From: Bacillota bacterium
GTDB taxonomy: Bacteria > Bacillota > Sulfobacillia > Thermaerobacterales > RSA17
Length of the DNA: 64,000 nt
Reading direction: 5' to 3'
Assembly (NCBI GenBank): GCA_017577485.2
Contig: PKRI02000005.1
Span: 1,005 to 65,004, forward strand
The notes under the pieces are model-generated. The model was given only the letters and a program-made list of their open reading frames with translations, was not told the DNA's origin and ran no database searches. Positions 27,010 through 35,421 of this stretch are shown here, piece after piece. Position 1 is the first letter of the stretch. Each line of letters opens with the position of its first letter. Both the position numbers and the translations under genes were made by a program.

Positions 27010-27682
27010 ACGGCAGGTGGTGGCAGTATCCTAGTCCGGCCGCCTTCCTGAAGGCGGGCCTAAAAATCCGCCGTCGGGCACATCGATGAAGTTCCTGGTG
27101 CCGGCCGCTGACGCCCAGTCGGGGGTCGGTGCTGGGAGTTAAGAGGGTGGGGCGATCTGCAAAGGCATGCAGGCGTTGACCCTACCCTCGCGGAGGCCCA
27201 AGTGCGTAGCCGACGGCCGCGGTCACGGCGGCGTCCGGCCGCCGGCCGCGGACCCGAGGCTATGGCTTGGGGTATGAACCTGCACGCGGGATGACTGTGT
27301 GCAGCGTAGCCTGCCCTGAGTGGGGCGTGGCGGATGGACCCGTGAAGCGCGCCGACCGCAGGGCCCGCGGAAGGCGCGTTTGGGCCGAAACCCGTCCTGC
27401 AAAACGGGCTAGGGAATGGTGAGCCGGCCGGGGAAAACCTCTAGGCTGTCCCGCAACGGGTCGTCTGCCGGGGATTAAAGTGTGTGCTAAGTGGTAATCT
27501 AGCCCCCTCTAAGTACCGGGAACGCCGGCTCCGGCCGGCGGGACCGGAACGGCGACGGGAGGGGCGCGGTCTGAAAGGGAAACCGCCGGGTCGGCAACGC
27601 CCGGTGACCGCGCGGGAAAGCCTGCTAGACCTAAGCCACAGCGTCTACCCGGCAGGCGCACCACCTGCATCCTTTTTTCAAT
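27010..27682 (+). ncRNA. ole: Large structured non-coding RNA, OLE (ornate, large, extremophilic) class candidate
   Basis: The 26939-27707 interval has no credible ORF. A perfect 10-bp closing helix pairs 27013-27022 (GCAGGTGGTG) with 27659-27668 (CACCACCTGC). Nested hairpins include 27040-27046/27051-27057 (CCTG loop), 27564-27570/27607-27613 and 27586-27590/27600-27604. AT-rich islands occur at 27473-27515. A T6 run lies at 27673-27678. The synteny folD-xseA-xseB-ispA-[RNA]-4TM protein-tlyA matches the published OLE locus. Confidence 0.75.
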
Positions 27683-27707
27683 GGGTCGTCACGCTGGAAG
27701 GGCCTGA

Positions 27708-28307
27708 ATGAAGCGCTCCAACAGCAAGTCCAACGTGGATTGGCGGCGCGCCGTAACCATCGGCGTGCTGACCTTTTTTGTGGCCGTCGCCTTCGCCTTT
27801 CCCTCGGGCCGGGCCACGGAAACCCTGGGCCTGTTCCCGGCGGTCCTGACGCTGCTGGTGATCATCCTGGTGGGCATCGCCTTCGACATCGTGGGCGTGG
27901 CGGCGGCGGCGGCCGACGAGAAGCCCTTCCACGCCATGGCGGCGGCCGACCGGCCCGGCGCCCGCCAGGCCATCTGGATCGTCCGCAACGCCGACGCGGT
28001 GGTGTCGTTCTGCAACGACGTGGTGGGCGACGTGGCGGGTACCTTGAGCGGTGCCGCCGGCGCCGCCATCGTGGTGCGGGTCCTGGCGCTGCGGCCCGGG
28101 CTGGACGAGACGCTCATGTCGGTGCTGATGGTGGGACTGGTGGCGGCGCTGACGGTGGGCGGCAAAGCCGCCGGCAAGGGCTTCGCCCTGAACCAGTCCA
28201 CCAACATCGTCTACGCGGCGGCCCGGGTGCTTCACATCCTGGAGAAGGCCGGCCTGGTGCGGCTGCAGGTGCGCCGGTCGCGGCGGCCGGCGCGCAACGC
28301 CCACTGA
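27708..28307 (+). CDS. oapA: OLE-associated membrane protein A candidate (four TM helices)
   Basis: 199 aa with four predicted TM helices (AVTIGVLTFFVAVAFAF; LFPAVLTLLVIILVGIAFDIVGV; VVSFCNDVVGDVAGTLSGAAGAAIVV; LMSVLMVGLVAALTVGG). It starts 26 nt after the RNA's T-run, behind RBS GGAAGGG. The position is identical to oapA in OLE loci. Confidence 0.7.
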   Translation: MKRSNSKSNVDWRRAVTIGVLTFFVAVAFAFPSGRATETLGLFPAVLTLLVIILVGIAFDIVGVAAAAADEKPFHAMAAADRPGARQAIWIVRNADAVVSFCNDVVGDVAGTLSGAAGAAIVVRVLALRPGLDETLMSVLMVGLVAALTVGGKAAGKGFALNQSTNIVYAAARVLHILEKAGLVRLQVRRSRRPARNAH

Positions 28308-28310
28308 GCC

Positions 28311-29168
28311 ATGGACGGGTCCCGGGGCGGCCCGCCGGAGTCGCCGGCGCCGCGTTCCCACCGCCGGCGCCTGGATGTGCTGCTGGTGGAGCGGGGGCTG
28401 TTCCCGTCGCGGGCCCGGGCCCAGGCGGCGGTGCTGGCCGGGCATGTGTACGTGGACGGCCGCCCTGCCTCCAAGCCCGGCGAGATGGTGGCCGCCGGCG
28501 CCCACCTGGAGGTGCGCGGCGACCCGGTGCCCTACGCCAGCCGCGGCGGCCTCAAGCTGGCCCACGCGCTGGACGTGTTCGGCATCGACGCGGCGGGGCG
28601 GGTGGCGGTGGACGTGGGGGCGTCCACGGGCGGTTTCACCGACGTGCTGCTGCAGCGCGGCGCCCGCCGTGTTTACGCCGTGGACGTGGGCTACGGCCAG
28701 CTGGCCTGGCGCCTCCGCAGCGATCCCCGCGTGACGGTCATGGACCGCACCAACGCCCGTCACCTGGCGCCGGAGATGTTCCCGGAGCGGCCGGACCTGG
28801 CCGTGGTGGACGTCAGCTTCATCTCGGTGGCCAAGATCCTGCCCGCCCTGGCGCGGGTGCTGGTGCCGCCCGGCGACGTGGTGTCGCTGGTCAAGCCCCA
28901 GTTCGAGGCCGGTCCTGAGCGGGTGGGCAAGGGCGGCGTGGTCCGCGACGCCGGGGTCCACCTGGAGGTGATGGTGCGCCTGGCCCGGGAGGCCCGGTCC
29001 CAGGGCTTTGCCGTGCGGGCCATGACCTGGTCGCCGGTGCGGGGCGGCGCCGGCAACCTGGAATTCTTCCAGTGGTGGTCCCTGGACGCCGCCGGCGGCC
29101 TTGAGGGGCCGGCGCTGGAGGAGGAGGCGCGCCGTGCCGTCCGGGAAGGCTGGGAGCGGGTAACCTGA
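28311..29168 (+). CDS. tlyA: TlyA-family 16S/23S rRNA (cytidine-2'-O)-methyltransferase
   Basis: S4 domain (RLDVLLVERGLFPSRARAQAAVLAGHVYVDG), SAM motif VDVGASTGGFTD and LVKPQFEAG. Confidence 0.9.
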   Translation: MDGSRGGPPESPAPRSHRRRLDVLLVERGLFPSRARAQAAVLAGHVYVDGRPASKPGEMVAAGAHLEVRGDPVPYASRGGLKLAHALDVFGIDAAGRVAVDVGASTGGFTDVLLQRGARRVYAVDVGYGQLAWRLRSDPRVTVMDRTNARHLAPEMFPERPDLAVVDVSFISVAKILPALARVLVPPGDVVSLVKPQFEAGPERVGKGGVVRDAGVHLEVMVRLAREARSQGFAVRAMTWSPVRGGAGNLEFFQWWSLDAAGGLEGPALEEEARRAVREGWERVT

Positions 29169-29298
29169 GGGCTCGTGAGCGGGTCGGCCTGAGGATTCCC
29201 GAGCGGGTGATCCCAGGCCTCCGGAGAGGGTGACCCGGGCCCCCGTCGAATGCGCCCCGGTAACGGCGGCGACCCCCGCAGAAGAGAGGGTTCGGTCG

Positions 29299-30546
29299 AT
29301 GAACATTCGCGTGCTGCTGCTGCTGTTCATGGCGCACCTGCTTACCGATTTCGGACAGGGATCCATCCCCATCGTGGGCCAGTACCTGCGGGATACGGCC
29401 GGGCTCACCCTGAGCCAGGTGGGCACCCTCACGCTGGTCAGTTCCCTGCTTTCGGCGGTGGTCCAGCCGCTGGTGGGCATCTACAGCGACCGGGCCCGCA
29501 ACGGCTGGATGATCCCCCTGGGCCTGGCGGCGGTGGGCGCCGGGGTCTGGGGGTTGGCCCACGCCTCCACCTATGCCTGGCAGCTGTTCTTCGTGGCGCT
29601 GACGGGTGTGGGCGTGGCCACCTTCCACCCCGAAGGGATGCGGGCGGCCCACTACGCTTCGGGAGGCCGCACCACGGGCATGTCCATCTTCCAGGTGGGC
29701 GGCAACGCCGGCTACGGCCTGGGCCCGGCGGCGGCCGGGGCCGCCATCGCCGCGGCAGGCCTGGCGGGCATGACCTGGATCGCCGTGCCGCCGCTGCTGT
29801 GGGCGCTGGTGATGATCGTCAGCCTGCCGGCGGTCCGGGCCCTGTGGGAGCGCCGCGCGGCGGTCGCCGCGGCGGCCTCGACGGCGGGCGCCGGGGAGAG
29901 CGGGGAACCCGGGGATCTCACGGGGCGCGGTAAGCCGGCCCCGAGCCGTGCCGGGCAGCCTTCCGCCCCGTCCCAGGACCGCTGGGGTCCCGCCGCCATG
30001 GTGCTGACGGTGGTGGCCCTGCGGGCTGCCTTCCAGTTCGGCCTGACCACGTTCCTTCCCATCTACTACGTGGAGGTCCGGGGCGGCGACCCTGCCCGCT
30101 CGGGCCTGGTGCTGTCTCTCTACCTGCTGGTGGGCGCCCTGGGCACTCTGGTGACGGGGCCCATCGCCGACCGCATCGGTCCCCGCCGCTACATGGCGCT
30201 GGCCATGGCCCTGCTGCCGGTGCTGCACCTGGCCACCCTGGCGACGCCGGGCAGCTGGATGCTGCTGTTCCTGGCGCTGCAGGGCTTTTTCCTGGTGTCC
30301 CAGTACGCCGTCAGCGTGGTGCTGAACCAGCTTTACGTGCCCAATCACCTGGCGCTGGTTTCGGGTCTCAACGTGGGCCTGGGCATCACCGTGGGCGGCA
30401 TCGGCGCCGCCACGGCCGGGTGGATCGCCGACGCCGTGGGACTGGTGCCGACGCTGATGGGCATGTCGGTCCTGCCGGTCATCGCCACGGTGCTGGCCGT
30501 GCGGCTGCCCGAGCCGCAGCCGGAGCCGGCGGCCCACACGGCGTGA
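29299..30546 (+). CDS. fsr: MFS transporter of the Fsr (fosmidomycin-resistance) family
   Basis: From memory of E. coli Fsr, AHLLTDFGQG matches SHLLNDMIQS and VVQPLVGIYSDR matches LLQPVVGYWTDK. FHPEGMRAAHYASGGRTTGMSIFQVGGNAGYGLGP matches FHPESSRVARMASGGRHGLAQSIFQVGGNFGSSLGP. The start is moved to ATG 29299. Confidence 0.75.
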   Translation: MNIRVLLLLFMAHLLTDFGQGSIPIVGQYLRDTAGLTLSQVGTLTLVSSLLSAVVQPLVGIYSDRARNGWMIPLGLAAVGAGVWGLAHASTYAWQLFFVALTGVGVATFHPEGMRAAHYASGGRTTGMSIFQVGGNAGYGLGPAAAGAAIAAAGLAGMTWIAVPPLLWALVMIVSLPAVRALWERRAAVAAAASTAGAGESGEPGDLTGRGKPAPSRAGQPSAPSQDRWGPAAMVLTVVALRAAFQFGLTTFLPIYYVEVRGGDPARSGLVLSLYLLVGALGTLVTGPIADRIGPRRYMALAMALLPVLHLATLATPGSWMLLFLALQGFFLVSQYAVSVVLNQLYVPNHLALVSGLNVGLGITVGGIGAATAGWIADAVGLVPTLMGMSVLPVIATVLAVRLPEPQPEPAAHTA

Positions 30547-30607
30547 TGACCCCCGGGCGCCAGGGTCCGGCAGCGCCGCCGTCGTAGAGCCGGGGTGAGG
30601 GATCGCC

Positions 30608-31384
30608 ATGGCGGAGCGTTGGGTCGACCTCAACTGCGACATGGGCGAGAGTTTCGGCGCCTACGGGCTGGGCCGGGACGACGAGATGCTGGAACTCATC
30701 ACCTCGGCCAACATCGCCTGCGGCTTCCACGCCGGCGACCCCCGGGTCATGGAGCGCACGGTGACCCGCGCCGCCGAGCGGGGCGTGGGCATCGGGGCCC
30801 ACGTGGGCTTCCCGGATCTGGTGGGCTTCGGCCGGAGGCCGCTGGCCGCCTCGGCGGCCGAGGTGCGCACCGACGTCCTGTACCAGGTGGGGGCGGTGTT
30901 CGCCTTCTGCCGGGCCCTCGGGGTGCCGCTGCAGCACGTCAAGCCCCACGGAGCCCTCTACAACATGGCCCTCCGGGACCGGGCGCTGGCCGAGGCCGTG
31001 GCCCAGGCCGTGGCCGCCTTCGACCGGGACCTGATCCTGGTGGCCCCGAAGGGCTCGGAACTGGCCCTGGCGGGAGAACGGGCCGGCCTGCCGGTGGCCT
31101 ACGAGGGTTTTGCCGACCGCAACTACAATCCCGACGGCACGCTGGTGGACCGCTCCCGCCCCGACGCCGTCATCGCCGACGCCGGCCTGGCCGCCCGGCG
31201 GGTGGTCCGCATGGTCACCGAAGGGGTGGTGGAGGCCGTCGACGGCACCGTCATCCCGCACCCCGTCCACACCGTGTGCATCCACGGCGACAACCCCGAG
31301 GCCGTGGCCCTGGCGCGGGCCGTGCGGCGCCGCCTGGAGGAAGCGGGGGTCCGGGTGGCGCCCATGGGCCGGGTCCGGGGATGA
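30608..31384 (+). CDS. pxpA: 5-oxoprolinase subunit A (LamB/YcsF family)
   Basis: VDLNCDMGESFG...SANIACGFHAGDP..M...GAHVGFPD..GFGRR...KPHGALYN are canonical PxpA motifs. Confidence 0.9.
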   Translation: MAERWVDLNCDMGESFGAYGLGRDDEMLELITSANIACGFHAGDPRVMERTVTRAAERGVGIGAHVGFPDLVGFGRRPLAASAAEVRTDVLYQVGAVFAFCRALGVPLQHVKPHGALYNMALRDRALAEAVAQAVAAFDRDLILVAPKGSELALAGERAGLPVAYEGFADRNYNPDGTLVDRSRPDAVIADAGLAARRVVRMVTEGVVEAVDGTVIPHPVHTVCIHGDNPEAVALARAVRRRLEEAGVRVAPMGRVRG

Positions 31385-32262
31385 CGGCGGGCCGGTCGGG
31401 CCGGGCGGGGGAGGACCCCGGCGGCGTCCGCGTGGCGCCGGCCGGCGACCAGGGCGTCTACGTCTACTTCCCGCAGCGCATCGATCCCGAGGTGAGCCGG
31501 CGGGTGCGGCGCCTGGCCCAGGCGCTGCGGCAGCCGGAGGCCCGGCGGCGCGGCATCCGCGAGGCGGTGCCGGCCTACGCATCGGTGTACGTGATCTTCG
31601 ACCCGCTCCAGACCGACCACCGGCAGGTGGCCCGGTACTGCCGGCGCCTGCTGGCCGGGGACGCCGGCGGCCAGGAGCCGCCGGCCCGGCGCTTCCGGAT
31701 CCCCGTGGTCTACGGCGGCCGGTACGGCCCCGACCTGGAGGTCGTGGCCCGCCACACCGGGCTCACGCCGGACCAGGTGGTGCGGCTGCACGCCGGCACC
31801 GACTATTTCGTTTACTTCACCGGCTTCTCGCCGGGTTTCCCCTTCCTGGGCGGGATGTCGCCGCGCCTGGCGGTGCCGCGGCGGGTTACGCCCCGAACCC
31901 GGGTGCCGGCCGGCTCGGTGGGCATCGCCGGCCGGCAGACCGGCATCTACCCCGTGGACAGCCCCGGCGGCTGGAACCTGATCGGCCGTACGCCGGTGGC
32001 CCTGTTCCACCCCGACCGCGACCCGCCGGCGCTGCTGGCCGCCGGGGATTACGTGCGCTTCGAGCCGGTGAGCCCCGACGTCTACCGGGAGATCGAGGCG
32101 GCCGCGGCGGCCGGCGCGTACCAACTCCGGCCCGAACCCGTCGGATCCGGCGGCCGGGCGGTGCATGACGCAGCCGGGGATGCGGCGACCGGTGACGCCG
32201 CGCCCGGCGGGGCGGCCGCCGGGGACGCGGCGGGCCGGGGGCGGGAGGAGGAGTCCCGGTGA
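31381..32262 (+). CDS. pxpB: 5-oxoprolinase subunit B (KipI / allophanate hydrolase subunit 1 family)
   Basis: ATGA overlap with pxpA. Signatures include VPAYASVYVIFDP, IPVVYGG..GPDL, YFTGFSPGFPFLGG and GIAGRQTGIYPVDSPGGWNLIGRTP. Confidence 0.88.
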   Translation: MTAGRSGRAGEDPGGVRVAPAGDQGVYVYFPQRIDPEVSRRVRRLAQALRQPEARRRGIREAVPAYASVYVIFDPLQTDHRQVARYCRRLLAGDAGGQEPPARRFRIPVVYGGRYGPDLEVVARHTGLTPDQVVRLHAGTDYFVYFTGFSPGFPFLGGMSPRLAVPRRVTPRTRVPAGSVGIAGRQTGIYPVDSPGGWNLIGRTPVALFHPDRDPPALLAAGDYVRFEPVSPDVYREIEAAAAAGAYQLRPEPVGSGGRAVHDAAGDAATGDAAPGGAAAGDAAGRGREEESR

Positions 32263-33563
32263 CCCCGGGAACCCCGGGCATCCAGGTGCTGGAGCCGGGC
32301 CTGCAGACCACCGTTCAGGACCTGGGCCGCCACGGGCGCCAGGACCTGGGTGTCTCGCCCGCCGGCGCCGCCGACCCCGCCGCCCTGATCCTGGGCAACC
32401 GGCTGGTGGGCAACCCCATCGACGCCGCGGGCCTTGAGGTCACGCTGGTAGGACCCGCGCTGCGCTTCGACGTGGACGCCTGGGTGGCCGTCACCGGCGC
32501 CGACCTGGGGGCGGTCCTGGACCGGCACCCGCTGCCCCCGGGCACGGCGGTGCCGGTCCGGGCGGGTCAGGTGCTGCGCTTCCGGGGCGGGACCCGGGGC
32601 TGCCGCGCGTACGTGTGCGTGGCCGGGGGCATCGACGTGCCCCCGGTGCTGGGCAGTCGCTCCACCGATCTGGTGGGCCGCCTGGGCGGGCCCGACGGGC
32701 AGGGCCGGCCGCTGCGGGCCGGCGACCGCCTGGCGGTGGGCGCAGGGGGCTTCCGGGGCCCGGACACCGTGGTGCGCCAGGCCCGCTGGCGCTTCGTGCC
32801 GGACCGCTTCGTGGCGCGGGTGGTGGTGGGACCCCACCGCGACCACTTCAGCGCCGGAGCGCTGGAAACGTTCTTCGGCAGCGAGTACACGGTGACGCCG
32901 GCGTCGGACCGCACCGGGCTGCGCCTGTCGGGCCCCGCCGTGCCCCGGGCGGCGGGGGAGATCCTTTCGGAAGGCCAGGCCCTGGGCGCCGTCCAGATCC
33001 CGCCCGACGGCCAGCCCATCGTGCTGCTGGCGGGCCGGGCCACCGTGGGCGGCTATCCCAAGCTGGGCGTGGTGATCACCCCCGACGTGGCGCTGCTGGG
33101 CCAGGCCCGGCCGGGCGACACCATCCGCTTCGCGCCCATCGACCCCGCCGAGGCGGTGGCCGTCTACCGGGACTGGTGGCGGCAGCTGATGAGCGGCGAG
33201 GTGGTGGTGGAGCGGGATGCCGCCGTCCGCTCGCCGCTGGACGGCACTTTCTACAGCCGCCCTTACCGCGGCGCGGCGCCCTTCGTGAGGCCTGGCGACC
33301 CGGTGGAGCCGGGAACCGTGGTGGGCGTCGTGGAGGTAATGCAGACGTTCTTCGATGTGCGGGCCGGGTTCGCCGGCACCGTCGGGAACCTGCGGGTCGC
33401 CGACGGTGAGCGGGTGGCCGCCGGCCAGGTGCTGATGACCATGGTGCCGGCGGGGGCTAGCGGGCCAGCAGGGCCGCGGCCACCAGGATCAGGATCAACG
33501 CCAGGCTGGTGGCCTGGTCGACCACCTGGGCCGCCGGCGGGCCCGGGTCCACGGGGCGGCTGA
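32259..33563 (+). CDS. pxpC: 5-oxoprolinase subunit C (KipA / allophanate hydrolase subunit 2 family) fused to a C-terminal biotinyl/lipoyl-like domain
   Basis: The PxpC core shows IQVLEPGLQTTVQDLGR.G....GV..AGAAD, ASDRTGLRL.G and TVGGYPKLGVVI. Residues about 325-395 (VRSPLDGTFY...VVGVVEVMQTFFDVRAGFAGTVGNLRVADGERVAAGQVLMTM) have a BCCP-like fold pattern. The Pro/Gly-rich tail overlaps the convergent gene at 33457-33738. Confidence 0.85.
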   Translation: MTPGTPGIQVLEPGLQTTVQDLGRHGRQDLGVSPAGAADPAALILGNRLVGNPIDAAGLEVTLVGPALRFDVDAWVAVTGADLGAVLDRHPLPPGTAVPVRAGQVLRFRGGTRGCRAYVCVAGGIDVPPVLGSRSTDLVGRLGGPDGQGRPLRAGDRLAVGAGGFRGPDTVVRQARWRFVPDRFVARVVVGPHRDHFSAGALETFFGSEYTVTPASDRTGLRLSGPAVPRAAGEILSEGQALGAVQIPPDGQPIVLLAGRATVGGYPKLGVVITPDVALLGQARPGDTIRFAPIDPAEAVAVYRDWWRQLMSGEVVVERDAAVRSPLDGTFYSRPYRGAAPFVRPGDPVEPGTVVGVVEVMQTFFDVRAGFAGTVGNLRVADGERVAAGQVLMTMVPAGASGPAGPRPPGSGSTPGWWPGRPPGPPAGPGPRGG

Positions 33564-33738
33564 CTACCCGCCGCTTGAGCCAGTCCTCCACGGGGCCCAC
33601 GATCAGCAGGCCGGCCAGCAGCAGCATGGGCACCACGGCGCCCTGGTGAAGCAGGCGCAGGACGGCCACCGCCGCCAGGGCCAGGGCTGCCGCCAGGTTC
33701 AGCCGCCGCAGCAGCCGCACCACAGCGCGCGCGTCCAT
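33457..33738 (-). CDS. Small hypothetical membrane protein
   Basis: 93 aa with 2-3 hydrophobic helices (LNLAAALALAAVAVL, VVPMLLLAGLLIVGPV, TSLALILILVAAALL). A strong RBS GGGAGGTGGGAG lies just upstream of ATG 33738. Confidence 0.55.
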   Translation of the reverse strand: MDARAVVRLLRRLNLAAALALAAVAVLRLLHQGAVVPMLLLAGLLIVGPVEDWLKRRVVSRPVDPGPPAAQVVDQATSLALILILVAAALLAR

Positions 33739-33907
33739 GGACTCCCACCTCCCGCGGGATCTGTATGCCCCTGGCGTCCGGTCCAGGTGGGGCCTGCGGC
33801 CCGAGAAGAAGACGGCGGCACCCCGCCGCCTGCGAGGTGCCGCCGTCGATGCGCCGGCTGCCGGCAGGGGCGGCCCGGCCCGGCGGGCCGCCCCGGGGGT
33901 ACCGGCC

Positions 33908-35110
33908 TCAGCGCCGGATCTCGATCCACTGCTCGGTGATCTCGGTGACGGTGCCGTCGATGGAGGCGTGGAAGGAGTTGGAGAAGCCTTCGGCCGCCGG
34001 CCGGGCGATGAGATCGCCCTTCTTCACGGCCTGGCCCACCTCCACCACCGGCACCGCCGGCTTGACGATGGCGAAGTCCGGGTTGTCCTGCAGGCGCACC
34101 CGCACCACCGCCGGCTCCAGCACCTTGCTGGGCGCCTGCTGGTGCTGCTCCTTGGGCTCCTTGGGATAACCCTGCCGGTTGCCGATGGTGCGCACGTCGC
34201 CGCGCTTGGGGTCGGCGTAGTTGGGGTCGATGACCAGCAGCGAGTTGGTGCGCTTGGTCACCGAGTAGGAGCGGGGATCCTCGATGATCGAGAACCACCC
34301 CGGCCCGCCGTCCACCACCACGAAGCCCCGCTCCTGGATCTCGTCCAGGGGCATGCCCGCCTCTTCAAACAGGTCGGCGGCCGGCGTGCCCACGGGCACA
34401 TCCACGAAGATATGCTTCGGGGTCTCGCCGTACACGTGGACGTACTTCATGGTCACCGGCTCGCCCCGGGTCAGGAGCTTGTACATGTTCCAGAGGGTTT
34501 CGGTGTTGCTGACCACGAAGCCGTGGTCCGTGGCCAGGTCGCGGGCGGCCAGCCTGACGCCGCAGGTGTTGAGGATCAGCGCCTGCTCCTTGCCGAAGGC
34601 GTACTGGTCGTCGGTGTAGGCGAAGAGGATCTTCTCCTCCACCTCGGACAGGTTGACCACGTTGCCCCTTCCCCGCACGTCGAACACCCGGGCGCCGGTG
34701 GCCTCCTCCAGCGGCAGGAACCACTCGCGGTCCTTCCACTTGGGTGCGATGATGATCTTCTGGAAGCCCCACTCCAGCAGGAAGTTGTAGAGTTCCGCAA
34801 ACTCCTCGGGGTGCGCCTTGTGCAGCCACTTGTCGATGTAGTAGCCGGGTTCGCTCTCCTGGGCGTTGGTGATGTGGTAGGGAAGGGGCTTGACGTACTT
34901 GGCGTAGGTGGGGAACCCGGCGCCGCCGGAGCCGGCCACGCCGCCTTCCTTCAGGACCTCCGCCAGGGGGCGTCCCCGCAGGCTCTCGACCACCTGCAGC
35001 GACCTGGTCACTGCCACCGCCATCATCTCCCTGTCAGCCAGTGCTCCGAAGTTCGTTCGGAAACCGGGTGAAACCGGCGCAGAAAGGACCCGCCCGCGGG
35101 CCAAGGCCAT
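33908..35110 (-). CDS. RnfC/NqrA/NuoF-like (Complex1_51K plus SLBB-type) protein lacking Fe-S motifs, with the RnfC_N barrel-sandwich domain at the C-terminus
   Basis: GVAGSGGAGFPTYAKY matches the RnfC/NuoF GGAGFPT motif, and NAQESEPGYYIDKWL matches NAAECEPY..D. The C-terminal VEVGQAVKKGDLIARPAAEGFSNSFHASIDGTVTEI matches the RnfC N-terminal hybrid-barrel motif. Only one Cys is present in the core. The start is uncertain (ATG 35110, 35026 or 35023, or TTG 35137). Confidence 0.65.
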   Translation of the reverse strand: MALARGRVLSAPVSPGFRTNFGALADREMMAVAVTRSLQVVESLRGRPLAEVLKEGGVAGSGGAGFPTYAKYVKPLPYHITNAQESEPGYYIDKWLHKAHPEEFAELYNFLLEWGFQKIIIAPKWKDREWFLPLEEATGARVFDVRGRGNVVNLSEVEEKILFAYTDDQYAFGKEQALILNTCGVRLAARDLATDHGFVVSNTETLWNMYKLLTRGEPVTMKYVHVYGETPKHIFVDVPVGTPAADLFEEAGMPLDEIQERGFVVVDGGPGWFSIIEDPRSYSVTKRTNSLLVIDPNYADPKRGDVRTIGNRQGYPKEPKEQHQQAPSKVLEPAVVRVRLQDNPDFAIVKPAVPVVEVGQAVKKGDLIARPAAEGFSNSFHASIDGTVTEITEQWIEIRR

Positions 35111-35179
35111 TTTCGCAAAAGCCTTTGGGGCTTGCAACCAAGCCGCCCGGCGGCCGCTGGCCGGCCCGGGGCGCCGGCG

Positions 35180-35362
35180 TCAGTGGTCGTGCCGCGGCGG
35201 CCCGCCGGGCTGCAGGTAGCGCTCCGGGTCGGCCTCGAACTGCCGGCGGCAGTGGGGGCAGCAGAACCAGTACACCCGGCCCCGGTACTCCAGGCGCTCG
35301 GCGCCCAGGTCCTCGGCCAGGGCCTCGTCGATCTCCATGCCGCACACCGGGTCCACGGCCAC
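35180..35362 (-). CDS. YHS/TRASH-domain small metal-binding protein
   Basis: The pattern DPVCGMEI...YRGRVYWFCCPHCRRQFEADPERY is the YHS-domain Cys pattern. GTG start with RBS GGGAGGTGA 6 nt upstream. Confidence 0.8.
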   Translation of the reverse strand: MAVDPVCGMEIDEALAEDLGAERLEYRGRVYWFCCPHCRRQFEADPERYLQPGGPPRHDH

Positions 35363-35421
35363 CGTCCGTCACCTCCCGCCCGCGCTGCCGGCCTCCGGGG
35401 TCCCGGCCGGGGAAGCGGTCC

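Noticed and set aside
27678-30642. ORFs 27678..29480 (-, 600 aa) and 28891..30642 (-, 583 aa).
   Set aside because: They are shadows of the oapA, tlyA and fsr-like genes, with no motifs and a biased composition.
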